Source: a virus. From it: a stretch of 64,000 nucleotides of DNA. The stretch is from the IMG/VR virus record IMGVR_UViG_3300045988_167691, one strand, 5' to 3'. The translations under genes were made by a program, and so were the position numbers. Within the stretch, counting starts at the first letter, position 1. Every line of letters starts with the position of its first letter. Positions 8,912-19,356 of the stretch are shown here, one piece after another. The notes beneath the pieces are model-generated. The model had not been told where the DNA came from, did no database searches, and saw only the letters and a program-made list of their open reading frames with translations.

Positions 8912-9346
8912 TTATTCGTCTGTTTTAAGATATTCTTCGATTTCCGTTAATGTAACAGCTTTAATTACTAACTCGTCTCTTGCGGGAAGAAAATCGAAAT
9001 ACTTCTTTACAACCTCGATCGCTTCTACATCTGATGCGGATTGAACCATTAAAGAGACCTTTTGCATTCTGATTTTCCCTTTAGGCGTTTCTTCTGGGTA
9101 AAGGACATCAACCTTAAAGAATTTGCCATCAGGATCGCTTTCTATCACTGTATAAATGGATAGCTCCTTAATAGGTGATATTTTGATTTCTTCCTCTGTT
9201 TCTTTTGTTCCCCATTCTATAGATATTGCTTCCGCTTCCGTATAGGTATAACCTCTAACAAGAAGATGCCTCTTTACCTGGATTCTTGGAGGTTTGAAAC
9301 CGTCCGGGTTATCTGTCCAATAATTTACAACTGATTCAAAGTACAT
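8912..9346 (-). CDS. hypothetical protein, 144 aa
   Basis: ORF abutting neighbours. Confidence 0.5.
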   Translation of the reverse strand: MYFESVVNYWTDNPDGFKPPRIQVKRHLLVRGYTYTEAEAISIEWGTKETEEEIKISPIKELSIYTVIESDPDGKFFKVDVLYPEETPKGKIRMQKVSLMVQSASDVEAIEVVKKYFDFLPARDELVIKAVTLTEIEEYLKTDE

Positions 9347-9350
9347 AATG

Positions 9351-9845
9351 TTACTCTTTAAATAATGATTGAACCACTATCCCTTTTGTATAATCACACT
9401 CTTTGCTTCCTTTAGGAAGAATAACGAAGTTTTGGGAGGGGTCATCTGTTTTAAGATTAAAAATAATTTCCGGCAGTGGAAGGAAGTTTACTTTTTCTAT
9501 GAAAAGAAAGTCTTTAGCTTGCTTGCTGTCTTCAAGAAAATCATAGGAAAATAGCGGTATCCCTTCCGATCTTAGAACTGTAATCCAGTCTCCCCACATA
9601 TCCATTAAAAGAAGTCCGCTTGTGGCTCTGAAACTGTCGCCTGTGCTCAAAATACATTCCACAACATAGGAGTAGTCATATTTTATAGCTTCTGAAAGAC
9701 TTCTTCCAAACTTATGGGTATTTTTCAAAGAAACAGTCAGCGCGAGCTTTCCTTCTTCTTGAATCTGGTCGCATCTCATTGCTTGCTTTTCACTGTCTAT
9801 AGCAATGAAAGTATTCCCTACGATCCCATCAACTATGTTCATCAT
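9351..9845 (-). CDS. hypothetical protein, 164 aa
   Basis: ORF abutting neighbours. Confidence 0.5.
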   Translation of the reverse strand: MMNIVDGIVGNTFIAIDSEKQAMRCDQIQEEGKLALTVSLKNTHKFGRSLSEAIKYDYSYVVECILSTGDSFRATSGLLLMDMWGDWITVLRSEGIPLFSYDFLEDSKQAKDFLFIEKVNFLPLPEIIFNLKTDDPSQNFVILPKGSKECDYTKGIVVQSLFKE

Positions 9846-10155
9846 CTTTCTGTGGGATTAAAAGTACCGAAGGAACACCGTTGCATCCTTGATTGACAGG
9901 TATTTCATTCCATTTCCCACCTGTAATAGTTTTCACTTTCAGAAAAACATCTAAAGGAACACTAAGTGTAAGTGGTTGAGGTTTGTAGGAATGGTCTCTT
10001 TCCCATTTTGCCACTTGAAGTTCTACATTTGTTTTTATTGCTTCCATTGAAGGAAGGAAAGGAACAAGTTCTTCTATTTTGTCAGCCGAAAAAAGGGTTA
10101 CTTTCCCATTCTCACGAGGTACAATGATGTACAGTTTAGTCTTCTTTTTCTTCAT
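9829..10155 (-). CDS. hypothetical protein (MKKKKTKLYIIVP...)
   Basis: Internal ATG chosen. The longer track ORF overlaps a small upstream ORF. Confidence 0.45.
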   Translation of the reverse strand: MKKKKTKLYIIVPRENGKVTLFSADKIEELVPFLPSMEAIKTNVELQVAKWERDHSYKPQPLTLSVPLDVFLKVKTITGGKWNEIPVNQGCNGVPSVLLIPQKDDEHS

Positions 10156-10270
10156 CTCCTTTTTCAAAATTTTCACTCTTAAAATAAATGTAACTATCAA
10201 ACATTGAATTAACCGTGAAACACGCTACAATAAACATGATTGTTATGCAAATCCATCCACATATTCCCAT
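10136..10270 (-). CDS. small membrane protein, 44 aa (MGICGWICITIMFIVACFTV...)
   Basis: ATG ORF about 33 nt downstream of a TACATTTG box. One hydrophobic helix plus an acidic tail. Confidence 0.3.
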   Translation of the reverse strand: MGICGWICITIMFIVACFTVNSMFDSYIYFKSENFEKGDEEKED

Positions 10271-10302
10271 AATCTAAAAATTTAATTGTTGCTTTTAATG
10301 CT

Positions 10303-10328
10303 GCAAATGTAAGAATATATTATTACAT
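10303..10328 (-). promoter_or_regulatory. putative promoter/operator: ATGTAATAAT-N6-TTACATTTGC
   Basis: Contains TACATTTG (TAnnTTTG -7 box). The ends ATGTAA/TTACAT form an inverted repeat. Same 26-nt layout as 20888-20913. Confidence 0.4.
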
Positions 10329-10329
10329 A

Positions 10330-10386
10330 GCAAGGTGAAATGTGTAAACACTTGTTAAAAGTAATATTTCAACGTCATTTCACCTT
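10330..10386 (-). repeat. 12-bp inverted repeat (caaggtgaaatg / catttcaccttg) with a 33-nt spacer, just downstream of the helicase stop
   Basis: Perfect 12-bp arms read directly. Possible terminator or protein-binding site. Confidence 0.5.
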
Positions 10387-10397
10387 GTGATGTTTTG

Positions 10398-12935
10398 TTA
10401 CTTATTGAGATTAGTATCGGTATCAATATGACAATAAACCAATTCTTCTTTTGCTCTTGTGATTGCTACAAATTTAAGACACTCTTCTGCATATAACGCT
10501 TTAGATGTCTTTGCATATTTGGACGGAAGTAACTCTGGATTCAAAAAGAAAACACGGTTAGCCTCCAGTCCTTTGCTTTTGTGAATAGTGGATAGGATGA
10601 TGCCTTTGCTATCGCCAGAGAAAACGTTTCTGACCTTTTCTTTCAAAGAAGAAAAATTTTCTTGATACGATTCGTACAGCAATTCCACAATCTTTACCTT
10701 TTCTTCTAAAGAAACGTAAGACGGATGGTTTTTCACAAAGGCAGGATTAATGCCTCTTTCTATGAGTTTTTGTTCTTTGTCGTCCAATAGAAGATACATA
10801 TCATCAAGACTATTTTGATTTTCCATCAGGCGGCAAATATTTTCTCCAAAATCGCGTCCCATTATAGATGATTTCTTTCCTGCTTTAAGAAATTGCAAAA
10901 AAGCTGCCACCAAAGGAAGGTTATTCCGGCACAAAACGAAATCTCCGTTATCAGCTTCGTTTAGTTCGCCTTTTCTGACAATACCTTCTTTTGCTCCTTC
11001 CGCGCATTCTGTCCCAGGGAATACCTTATTAGCTTCTTCAACTATTCTTTTGCTGCATCTGTATGTGACAGAAAGAGGAAGCGTAATCGTGTTGGGACTA
11101 TTTTTTAAGGAATTAAACACATTCAAGTCGCTACCCATGAAGGAATAAATTATCTGTTTTTTATCTCCTACAGCAATGAATCTGCCTCTTGCCTTTATTA
11201 AATTTTGCATGATTTCTTTTTGTAATAGAAAGGTATCGTTTGCCTCATCCACCATTACAACATTGTATTTAGGAAAACTTTCTGGTTCCAGAAATGTGTA
11301 AGGAACCCAAAGCATATCCACAAAATCTATTTCAAAAGCAAGATTGTTGTTTATCCTTGTGCAGTCACTTCGCCATGCCTTTTCAATTTCAAGAAGGTCG
11401 GGAATCATTTCTTCTTCATATTCCAAATCAAATTCTATCGTAATAGGAACAATGTTTTCTTCATTTATCTTGCAAAGAGACAGTCTTGTTTGTTCCCATA
11501 ATGTCTGGAGCGAAAAGAAATACTTCATTCTTTCTTTAAATTCCAGTTTTTTATATTGGAACAGTTTCGTACAAAGGCTGAAACATTTGTTGTCATTCAC
11601 TTTTGCTTTAAAACGGAAATTTTTCATCATTGTACGAAGTCCAAGCGCATGGAAAGTATAGCAATCGACATAATAAGGGAGTTTCGATCTTAATTCTTCC
11701 GCTATACTCTTGTTGAATGCCATAAAAAGACAAGACTTGTTTTCTGGCGTGCGATTACATAACTCTTTGAGTGTATGTGTTTTACCTGAATTATGAGTGA
11801 TAGTGAAATCTCCTAATAGAAATCTTTCATCTTTGTCAACTTTAAATCCATACCATTTTCCTACGCCTATTTCTTCTATCCAAAATCCTGTCCTTAAAAC
11901 TGTTTTTATTTGTTTTCTTTCTTTTGCTTTTTTTCTCTCCACCTTTACTGGGATAATATTTGTATTGCCACTAATACTAATGCTATAATATTCCCCCTCA
12001 AAGTTTAAAGATTTTATTCTTCCAATCTTTTTACAACAATACGCTGCTAAACCAAGACTTCTACAAAGAAATACTACCAAATCAGATATTTCTTTGTATT
12101 TAGTAATTAATTGATAGTAATTATTGTTATCAAGGTGTCCATCTCCATCTAATATGCCGGCAATAAGATTTAACCTGTTTTCCTGTGAATTTATAAAATA
12201 TTCTTTTGGTATATTCAAACGCCCCTTTTCTTTGGCAAAATTTTTTAATATTGCTCTAATAGGATTTATTCTACCTTTTCTCAATTTCACGTTTATACCA
12301 TAGCAGCCTCTTTCTTTTCTTTTATGTACAGATACCTTTTCTCCTTCAAATTTAAAATTTTCAAGATAGTTTATTAATACTGTATCATTTTCATTTATAG
12401 AAAAATTAGAAACATCATTTTTATTTTTGCTTCCTTCTGCTATCCATAATCCTACAAAGTAAGGATCAAGTGGCAATTCCTGCTCAGGGAAATCAACTCC
12501 AGTCCTTTGTAATTGAAGTTTCATCTTTGTTCCTGTTGTTTTTTCAACAGGTCTCTTCAAGATTTTAGATATAGGATAGTCTACTAAAGGATTTAATTGA
12601 TTTTCTTCTTTCTTTACCTTATTGTTTCTTGCTATATTTTGATCATAAACAGTCAATAAATGCTGACTATTACAAATCCAACTATCACCTTTAACTGGTT
12701 TTATTTTATATAGCTTATCAATACCTGTTGATACCGATAAAACGTTTCTTGGTGTTGAATCTACACCCATCACCTTATCACCTACCCTTATGTCCTGTAC
12801 AGGTTTGATAGAACCATCGTGCATTAATATGGGAGTGTCCTTACCTAAACACCCCGCCGTTGCGTCAATCACTATGTTTTTGTTGGTGTTTTCGTAAGCA
12901 TCAAAAATGTCCAACTGATATTTACTCCATTTCAT
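10398..12935 (-). CDS. UvrD/PcrA-like superfamily 1 helicase interrupted by an intein
   Basis: After intein removal: DATAG-SGKTHT (Walker A), MVDEANDT, TIHKSKGLEANRVF and VAITRAKEEL. Confidence 0.85.
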   Translation of the reverse strand: MKWSKYQLDIFDAYENTNKNIVIDATAGCLGKDTPILMHDGSIKPVQDIRVGDKVMGVDSTPRNVLSVSTGIDKLYKIKPVKGDSWICNSQHLLTVYDQNIARNNKVKKEENQLNPLVDYPISKILKRPVEKTTGTKMKLQLQRTGVDFPEQELPLDPYFVGLWIAEGSKNKNDVSNFSINENDTVLINYLENFKFEGEKVSVHKRKERGCYGINVKLRKGRINPIRAILKNFAKEKGRLNIPKEYFINSQENRLNLIAGILDGDGHLDNNNYYQLITKYKEISDLVVFLCRSLGLAAYCCKKIGRIKSLNFEGEYYSISISGNTNIIPVKVERKKAKERKQIKTVLRTGFWIEEIGVGKWYGFKVDKDERFLLGDFTITHNSGKTHTLKELCNRTPENKSCLFMAFNKSIAEELRSKLPYYVDCYTFHALGLRTMMKNFRFKAKVNDNKCFSLCTKLFQYKKLEFKERMKYFFSLQTLWEQTRLSLCKINEENIVPITIEFDLEYEEEMIPDLLEIEKAWRSDCTRINNNLAFEIDFVDMLWVPYTFLEPESFPKYNVVMVDEANDTFLLQKEIMQNLIKARGRFIAVGDKKQIIYSFMGSDLNVFNSLKNSPNTITLPLSVTYRCSKRIVEEANKVFPGTECAEGAKEGIVRKGELNEADNGDFVLCRNNLPLVAAFLQFLKAGKKSSIMGRDFGENICRLMENQNSLDDMYLLLDDKEQKLIERGINPAFVKNHPSYVSLEEKVKIVELLYESYQENFSSLKEKVRNVFSGDSKGIILSTIHKSKGLEANRVFFLNPELLPSKYAKTSKALYAEECLKFVAITRAKEELVYCHIDTDTNLNK
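11790..12851 (-). mobile_element. class 1 intein (354 aa) with a LAGLIDADG homing endonuclease, in the helicase P-loop
   Basis: Starts CLGKDTPILMHDG and has block B NSQHLLTV. LAGLIDADG motifs are FVGLWIAEGS and LIAGILDGDGH. Ends FTITHN followed by SGKT. Confidence 0.85.
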
Positions 12936-12960
12936 AACATCTTCTTTTCGTTTGCTTCTG

Positions 12961-13299
12961 TTATCCTCTCAAATAATGAACCCATTCGTAAGGTTTCCTT
13001 ACGCCTAAATATTCATCATCATATTCATTTTCATATGCCTCTCGCTCAAAAGAAATGTTTCTGTAAGCCTCATGGGAATCCTTATATTGAATTAATCTTA
13101 CAAGCCATTCTATCCCATACCACAAATAGAAGAACACTATAAGAAGTTCTATTTGTTGCTTTAAATGGATATTCTCATGTATGATCGTTCTCATTCCTAA
13201 AGGTTCGTATTCTTTCCTTGCAAAAATGAAAGGAAACAGAGTGATTGCTGTAAATCCCTTAAAAGGGATCAAGTTATTGTAAATGATTTTCTTTTTCAT
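12961..13299 (-). CDS. small HExxH-motif protein with hydrophobic segments (putative metallopeptidase-like)
   Basis: IIHENIHLKQ contains HExxH. Start set at the MKKKIIYNN ATG. Overlaps the RNase H end by 26 nt. Confidence 0.4.
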   Translation of the reverse strand: MKKKIIYNNLIPFKGFTAITLFPFIFARKEYEPLGMRTIIHENIHLKQQIELLIVFFYLWYGIEWLVRLIQYKDSHEAYRNISFEREAYENEYDDEYLGVRKPYEWVHYLRG

Positions 13300-13771
13300 A
13301 CTCTTTAAAATTTTTGTAATTAGCCATATAGTCTGCAATGAAATTGCCACATACAATAGGATCACTATAGTCTTTCTGGTGGCTTCTTATCCATTTTACG
13401 GAAACACGAAGTTTTCTATGCAACAACATTTCCGAAAATATAGCATCCCACAAATCCTGATTTTCTACATGAAGATTCTCCCTTGCCCAATCAAGGAACT
13501 TGTGACGAAACTGATTGGCAACATACTGGCTGTCGATATAGAAGGTTGCCTTTACATTCAAATTCTTTTTTATCGCTCGAAGTGCAAGAAGAATTGCTTC
13601 CGTTTCTCTTCTTCCTGTCGTAGTATAGGAACGTCCTTTGGTTATATGATATTCCTTGTCTTTCCATTTGATGTAAACGGCAGAACCTCCCAGTTTTTTG
13701 GGATGGTTAGCATTGCAACTTCCATCCGTCCAAACCTCAATGATCCGTGTTCCCTTTCGTTTATCGCTCAT
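13274..13771 (-). CDS. rnhA: ribonuclease HI
   Basis: IEVWTDGSC, ETEAILLAL, YIDSQYV, WIRSHQ and GNFIADYMA match the D-E-D-H-D catalytic pattern. Confidence 0.8.
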   Translation of the reverse strand: MSDKRKGTRIIEVWTDGSCNANHPKKLGGSAVYIKWKDKEYHITKGRSYTTTGRRETEAILLALRAIKKNLNVKATFYIDSQYVANQFRHKFLDWARENLHVENQDLWDAIFSEMLLHRKLRVSVKWIRSHQKDYSDPIVCGNFIADYMANYKNFKEYEKENHLQ

Positions 13772-15449
13772 TCTTATACTTTTGAAGGATCATAAGACTG
13801 GTATCGTCCTGGAATCCTTTGTTCAACATGTCCGTAACATCTTTCTTTCCTTTCAGCATCTCCCACAAGTCCTGGTCAATCGTTTCCGGTGATAGCAGGT
13901 ATTGGATTGTAACCGGATTTTCCTGCCCGCTTCTTTCCAATCTTCCTATAACTTGCACAAGGTCGCTCGGACGCGGTGGAAGTTCTAAGATAGCCATATT
14001 GGAACAAACCTTTTGAAGCCCGTCCACACCAGTACCAAGACAGCCTATATTTGCAAAAAGCACCCTACTTTCCTCTTGTAAGAAAAACTTTTGCAAAATT
14101 TCATCTCTTTTCTTTGTGGTAGTGCCCCCTGTAATAAGAAGCCCTTCCTTAAACTCTCCGGCTATCTTTGTAAGGATTGTGGATTGTGAGGCAAATACCA
14201 AAAGTTTTCCTTCTTCGTTTGCTTCCATCCATTCTTCCACCCATTTTTTGATAAATTTTTCTTTACCTTCTAAGGATAATTGCTTTAATGTCGAGAGTTT
14301 TACAAGGAACTCTGCCCTTGCAGCTTTTTCAACCTTTTCTTCGTCCTTAAACTTATCTTCAATGAACTGCAAAAGATCACCCTTTGCCTTTTTATATGCT
14401 CTTTTATTTGTAATCTCGCATTCCACAACATTTTCAGAAATAGGGGGGAGTTCTTTCAAAGCATCCCTCTTGCTTACCTGGAAATAGCAGCATTCTTTCA
14501 AAAGACGGTTCAGTTCCTTGATATTGGATGCTCCCGAAATATCCAGACCAAAATTCGTTTCCTTCATATTGCAGTACCTTTCGAAGAAATAGTGATGATA
14601 CTGGTCGTTCGGAGCAATTTCCTTTATCCTTTCTATTAACATCAGGATGTTTAGAAGCTCTGCCGGACGGTTCATGATAAGTGTCCCTGTAAGCCCTATC
14701 ACGGAAGGAACTTTATATGCCAGTTTCTTGAAAGACTTGCTTCTGATGGACTTTCTGTTTTTGAGAAAATGAATTTCATCTGCTATCACAAGAGAGAATG
14801 ATTTCTTTTTCATTCCATCCAATCTTATTTCAAGAGATGTTTTCCCGTTTTCTTTCGTGACCCTTTTCCCAAGTATGTCATAGTTTATCACTATCACGTC
14901 TGCTTCAAAATCTTCCGGTGGGGAAGATGTGGAAATGATAGATACCCGTCTGTTTGGGTTCGTTTCTTTCCACTCTCTCAACCAACCGGATTTTACAGAA
15001 GTCGGACAGACTACCATACAAGGAAAAAGATCAAGCATTTCAGCATAGAGAACAGAACATAGACTTTTGCCTGTCCCCACTGAAGAGCCATTTATATGAT
15101 TTCCGTGATTGACTGCGTAATATAGATAGTCCATTTGATAGCTTCTCGGCTTTTTTAAAAGAGGAAGATTGTCTATCAATAGTTCTATATCCTTTCGGGA
15201 TAAAAGTTCCTTGTAAGGCTTTATTTCGGCTTTGCAGCCAGGGCGGACTATTGAAAGAGGATTGGCTTCTTCTATTTCGTTGTCGGAAACAAACTCTTTT
15301 AAAAGGAAATCTTTTGCCGGATCAGATTTTATGTATATTTCCTTATTGGTAGCATTGCGTTTAAAAGAGGAAATCAGTTTAAGGTTCTTGTAAACTGATT
15401 TTTCCAAAGCACCAAAATACCAATAGTCCTTTTCCTTGTAATAATACAT
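13761..15449 (-). CDS. SNF2-family DEAD/H helicase
   Basis: SSVGTGKS (motif I) and IADEIHFLKN (DExH). Helicase C-terminal motifs GCLGTGVDGL and QVIGRLERSGQ. Confidence 0.8.
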   Translation of the reverse strand: MYYYKEKDYWYFGALEKSVYKNLKLISSFKRNATNKEIYIKSDPAKDFLLKEFVSDNEIEEANPLSIVRPGCKAEIKPYKELLSRKDIELLIDNLPLLKKPRSYQMDYLYYAVNHGNHINGSSVGTGKSLCSVLYAEMLDLFPCMVVCPTSVKSGWLREWKETNPNRRVSIISTSSPPEDFEADVIVINYDILGKRVTKENGKTSLEIRLDGMKKKSFSLVIADEIHFLKNRKSIRSKSFKKLAYKVPSVIGLTGTLIMNRPAELLNILMLIERIKEIAPNDQYHHYFFERYCNMKETNFGLDISGASNIKELNRLLKECCYFQVSKRDALKELPPISENVVECEITNKRAYKKAKGDLLQFIEDKFKDEEKVEKAARAEFLVKLSTLKQLSLEGKEKFIKKWVEEWMEANEEGKLLVFASQSTILTKIAGEFKEGLLITGGTTTKKRDEILQKFFLQEESRVLFANIGCLGTGVDGLQKVCSNMAILELPPRPSDLVQVIGRLERSGQENPVTIQYLLSPETIDQDLWEMLKGKKDVTDMLNKGFQDDTSLMILQKYKNER

Positions 15450-15451
15450 GA

Positions 15452-15946
15452 TTAGTTGAGCTTTATATATTTACCTGGTAGCTTCAAATTCTTTAGAATT
15501 TCATCTCCTTTTTCTCCATAAGCCACAAAGCAACTATCTGTGCCAGGAGATCCACCTTCTTTTCCTGTTTCATCAATAAACTTTATTCTTTTCCTAAGAA
15601 AATAAATAGAAGTAGCTTTACACCAAACACATTCATGAAACATTGAATTTCCTACTCTTGCATAAACAAGAGCTATGCCATTCCCATATTCAGACAACTT
15701 TTTCATGAAAAGTTTAATCGTAGGATTCGAATAAGGAGGGTTAAGAAACACAAACCCTTTCCAATCTTGAGCTAATCCATCGTCTTCTTTAGTAAAGCAC
15801 TTTCTTGCTGTATACCAATCTTTTTTAGGTGCAGCAGGATCAAGATCAAAATTATTCCCCAACGCTTCAATAATATAAGGTGGCGTGTACCATTCTACTG
15901 TTGCAGCTTTACCACCTCCAAATTTGGTTTCAAAATTCGTGTTCAT
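15452..15946 (-). CDS. phage Dam-type DNA N6-adenine methyltransferase
   Basis: EWYTPPYIIEAL, FDLDPAA and FLNPPYS (NPPY catalytic motif). Confidence 0.75.
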   Translation of the reverse strand: MNTNFETKFGGGKAATVEWYTPPYIIEALGNNFDLDPAAPKKDWYTARKCFTKEDDGLAQDWKGFVFLNPPYSNPTIKLFMKKLSEYGNGIALVYARVGNSMFHECVWCKATSIYFLRKRIKFIDETGKEGGSPGTDSCFVAYGEKGDEILKNLKLPGKYIKLN

Positions 15947-16194
15947 TTCTTCCTGTTGTCTATAAATTCAAAATAATGCTTTCCGTCTCTGCATTTGATT
16001 TTCTTGATAATACAGAAACCTCTAATATTTGCACTTCCATCTCTTTCTAGTTTATCAAATATGATCTCAAAAAGTAGGGAGATAACCTTCTCTGCCTTCC
16101 GCATAGAGATGAAACTTCTGGCACTTGTCCTTAATTCCAATTTGTTCAATGCTTTGGTGAAGTTGAAGGCTATCTCTTTGTAAATCTTATTCAT
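15943..16194 (-). CDS. HU/IHF-like DNA-binding protein (tentative)
   Basis: KAEKVISLLFEIIFDKLERDGSANIRGFC resembles the HU helix-helix-strand core. Confidence 0.35.
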   Translation of the reverse strand: MNKIYKEIAFNFTKALNKLELRTSARSFISMRKAEKVISLLFEIIFDKLERDGSANIRGFCIIKKIKCRDGKHYFEFIDNRKK

Positions 16195-16777
16195 TCTTTT
16201 CTTCTTCTTTCTTCTCTTCTTTTGTCACTTCAAAATTGTCAGGTAAAAAAACGGAATCAGTAGAACCGTATATTGAATCTACCGGAAAATAAATAGGGTA
16301 CATAAATGCAATCGCCGTATTGTCATCAATACCTCCAAAATGTTTTTGGTGTTCTGTTAAAACTTCCGAAGAATCCAACGGCTTATCCAACTCTTTCGAA
16401 ATTTTATGCAAATTAGCCATCATTTTGCCAAGTTTCAAAGGGTCGAGAGCGTTCTTCCAATATGCAAACTGATGCAACGGATACATCGTCATCGCCTCTT
16501 TCCAAAAATCCATTTTTGAATAACCTACTTCTTCTATCAATTCCTTTTCCCATTCATCCTCTTGTTTTAGTTCTTCTTCGGTAGGATGATAGATTTCTCT
16601 TACTATTTCTTTTATCCTTTCTTCACTAAAGCGGAATCCTAATTCCCTGTTCTGTACATGAGGAAACAACATCCAAGTAAGATACCGATCTTCTTCTATC
16701 CCTAAAAAATCAAGAAGTTCTTTTAACCATTTATTGGGGATAGATACTGATTTTCTTACAATTTCTTTTTCTTCCAT
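16187..16777 (-). CDS. hypothetical protein, 196 aa
   Basis: ORF overlapping neighbours by a few nt. Confidence 0.5.
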   Translation of the reverse strand: MEEKEIVRKSVSIPNKWLKELLDFLGIEEDRYLTWMLFPHVQNRELGFRFSEERIKEIVREIYHPTEEELKQEDEWEKELIEEVGYSKMDFWKEAMTMYPLHQFAYWKNALDPLKLGKMMANLHKISKELDKPLDSSEVLTEHQKHFGGIDDNTAIAFMYPIYFPVDSIYGSTDSVFLPDNFEVTKEEKKEEEKNE

Positions 16778-16867
16778 AACTTATTGTTTTAAAATATGTT
16801 TACTCAAACTGATCATCATCGTTCAGATCAAAATCTTCGTCACTTTCAAAGTCATTGATCCAATCTT

Positions 16868-18796
16868 CTATTTCTCTTTCCATCTCATTTTTGTTTCAAA
16901 CTCTTCCGGTGTCAAAATAGGAATGGAAAGCTCTTTTGCTTTCTTCACTTTTGAAGAAGAACTTTCTTTGTCTTTCGTTACAAGGATGGTCGTGTTCTTT
17001 GATACTCCCGAAACGACTTTGTGTCCTTCTTTGGATAGTCTTTCTTCCCATTCTTTATTTCTGAATCCTGTAAAACATACCGATTCGGGATTGTCTGCAA
17101 GAACAACATTGTTCTTTACATAAGAAATAGGGAACGGTGAATTTTCAATGATGTAAAAGAAAACTGCAAGTCCATTATTAAAAGAAGTGGCAGTAGTTTC
17201 AGCAACACCATCAATAGAAAGAAGTGTTTTGTTGGGTAATGTACCGTCATTAAACAAGACTTTTACATCTTCGTCCGACAAAGAATCAAAAATCATCTGA
17301 CAAGTCTTTTCTCCTATCACACCACCGAACACATTATAGGCAGTAAGGATTTTTGCAAAGGAAACTCCATTGTCCGCATATTTATCGAATTGACCTCGTA
17401 ACTTTTTGGACAATTTCGCTCCTATTCCTCCAATTTGAGACAATTCCTTTTCGCTTGCATTCACAATCTTCTCTACACTATCAAGTCCTCCTTCATAGAA
17501 TTTTCTGATAGTGGCTTCTTGCATTTCTTCCGTTTCAAGCGTTGCAAAGAAATAAGCGATCTGTTTTATTTTCTTTTCTTTGCAATCAGGATTGGTGCAA
17601 ACAATATCTGTAAGCGTTTCGTCCCATTTTAACGGATTTCCGCAAGAAGGACAAATCATCATACCATCGCACATTTCACGGAAAAGTTCCACACTGTAAC
17701 TGACCGTTTCCAAATGCTTAGGGATTACATCTCCGCTTCTTGACACAACGATATAGGCATTTGGTGAAATATGATTGTCCGTAATATATTTAGCGTTATA
17801 TCCGGTGCATCGTGAAACAGTCGCTCCGTCAAATTCCACCGGACTGAATACAATTACAGGTTTTGCTTTGCCGTCTTTTGAAATGCTCCATTCGATTTTT
17901 TGAACTTTTGTCGTGTATCGTTCTTGCCAGTCGGGATTCTTGTAAGCAATAGCGTAACGCGGATTCCCATTAGGCAACCGTCCCAATTCTTCTCGTTTTG
18001 TTTTGTTATCAACTTCGATTACAAGTCCATCGCATTTAAAATTCTTGATTGATTCAAACAAATCGTTTAGATAGGTGAGGGCTGTTTTATTATCATCGAA
18101 CACGCCGGCAGAAGTTACCCAATACTGTGTAGCGTAATTCCCGTAATCGTTTCGAAGTTCTGCAAGCTGCATGGATTTATCTCTGTCGGAATCCATAATG
18201 CCATATCTCACATAAGCGGTATTTCCAAGAACTTGTGCATTGAAATCATCTGCATTGAATGCACCGGCAACAGCGTTTCTTGCACTCTTATACCCAAGAG
18301 GTTTTACGTTTTTCAAGAACATGCCGATAGGGATAATCGCTTCACCGAAAGTAAAGCAAGATTTCTTTCCCATAGGGTTGCCATGATTGACATATTCGTA
18401 ATGCCGGTCACTTCTTTGTCCTTCTACTCCATCACCCCTTGTCCAACATTCATTTGTCGATTCGTCCACCAAAAGGGAAATGCCGTCATATTTAGGTGTA
18501 ATGACAACTTTGTTAGTAGGATGAAGTTCCCATACATCTTTAACCCATCTTCTGATCTCACTGATTGTTTTTACCTTTTCTAAAGAAAACATAGGATACG
18601 GTAACTTTTCCATCCTGTCACCCTTTTTATTTTCCTCAATGATAGGCTTTGTCAGGATTTCACTATCAGGATATTCCTTTTTCAACTGGTCGATCAAAAG
18701 ATCATACTCCTTATCGCTCATAATAGGAGTGCCTTCTCTGTATTTCTGGTTGGCTTCTATTATTTTGCCTTCCAATTCTTTTTGTTTCTTCGTCAT
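16868..18796 (-). CDS. ligA: NAD-dependent DNA ligase
   Basis: ITPKYDGIS (KxDG adenylation site) and Zn finger CPSCGNPL...CTNPDC. HhH region and C-terminal BRCT-like VCFTGFRNKEWEERL. Confidence 0.85.
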   Translation of the reverse strand: MTKKQKELEGKIIEANQKYREGTPIMSDKEYDLLIDQLKKEYPDSEILTKPIIEENKKGDRMEKLPYPMFSLEKVKTISEIRRWVKDVWELHPTNKVVITPKYDGISLLVDESTNECWTRGDGVEGQRSDRHYEYVNHGNPMGKKSCFTFGEAIIPIGMFLKNVKPLGYKSARNAVAGAFNADDFNAQVLGNTAYVRYGIMDSDRDKSMQLAELRNDYGNYATQYWVTSAGVFDDNKTALTYLNDLFESIKNFKCDGLVIEVDNKTKREELGRLPNGNPRYAIAYKNPDWQERYTTKVQKIEWSISKDGKAKPVIVFSPVEFDGATVSRCTGYNAKYITDNHISPNAYIVVSRSGDVIPKHLETVSYSVELFREMCDGMMICPSCGNPLKWDETLTDIVCTNPDCKEKKIKQIAYFFATLETEEMQEATIRKFYEGGLDSVEKIVNASEKELSQIGGIGAKLSKKLRGQFDKYADNGVSFAKILTAYNVFGGVIGEKTCQMIFDSLSDEDVKVLFNDGTLPNKTLLSIDGVAETTATSFNNGLAVFFYIIENSPFPISYVKNNVVLADNPESVCFTGFRNKEWEERLSKEGHKVVSGVSKNTTILVTKDKESSSSKVKKAKELSIPILTPEEFETKMRWKEK

Positions 18797-18800
18797 GATT

Positions 18801-19352
18801 TTATTTGTCTAAGGATGAAAGAAATGCTCTGGTATTCTCTACAGAATCACACTTGTTTTCTTCTTTTTGCTTGCCTTTGATTTCTATCAAAATCTTATAG
18901 GCTTCCGGGAAGTTGTCTTGTAATTGCTTTTCTGTGTTGATATGGTCGAGAGCACAAGCAACTCTGTTTCTGGTTTCGTTTTCCAGCTTTTTAAACTCAC
19001 ACGCTTTCTTGCTCCATTCCAAAATATCTTTTTCGAAAAAGCGTTTCAATTCGTCCAGATATTCATTATAAAACATTTTGGGCATCCCTATTCCATCAAA
19101 AGGAATGGTTTCATAGATACAGACACCCTTTATTTTTAGAAGATCGTTTATGGGAATACTTCTGTAAAACAAAAGTGGCTGCATGGACGGATATCTATCT
19201 ACAATAGATTCTATTTCTGGCGGCAGAATAGCATTCACTCTATCTTGCAATTGTGTTCCAATTTTCGCCAAATAATCACTCAATTTCTTTCCTGCTTTTT
19301 GGACAAATTTATTTCCAATCAGTTCTTTGTCCGATACTAATAGTTTAGCCAT
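18801..19352 (-). CDS. hypothetical protein, 183 aa
   Basis: ORF only. Confidence 0.5.
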   Translation of the reverse strand: MAKLLVSDKELIGNKFVQKAGKKLSDYLAKIGTQLQDRVNAILPPEIESIVDRYPSMQPLLFYRSIPINDLLKIKGVCIYETIPFDGIGMPKMFYNEYLDELKRFFEKDILEWSKKACEFKKLENETRNRVACALDHINTEKQLQDNFPEAYKILIEIKGKQKEENKCDSVENTRAFLSSLDK

Positions 19353-19356
19353 AATC

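Noticed and set aside
16800-16883. 27-codon highly acidic ORF (MEREIEDWINDFESDEDFDLNDDDQFE) overlapping the ligase stop
   Set aside because: It is too short and compositionally simple to call without conservation or expression data.
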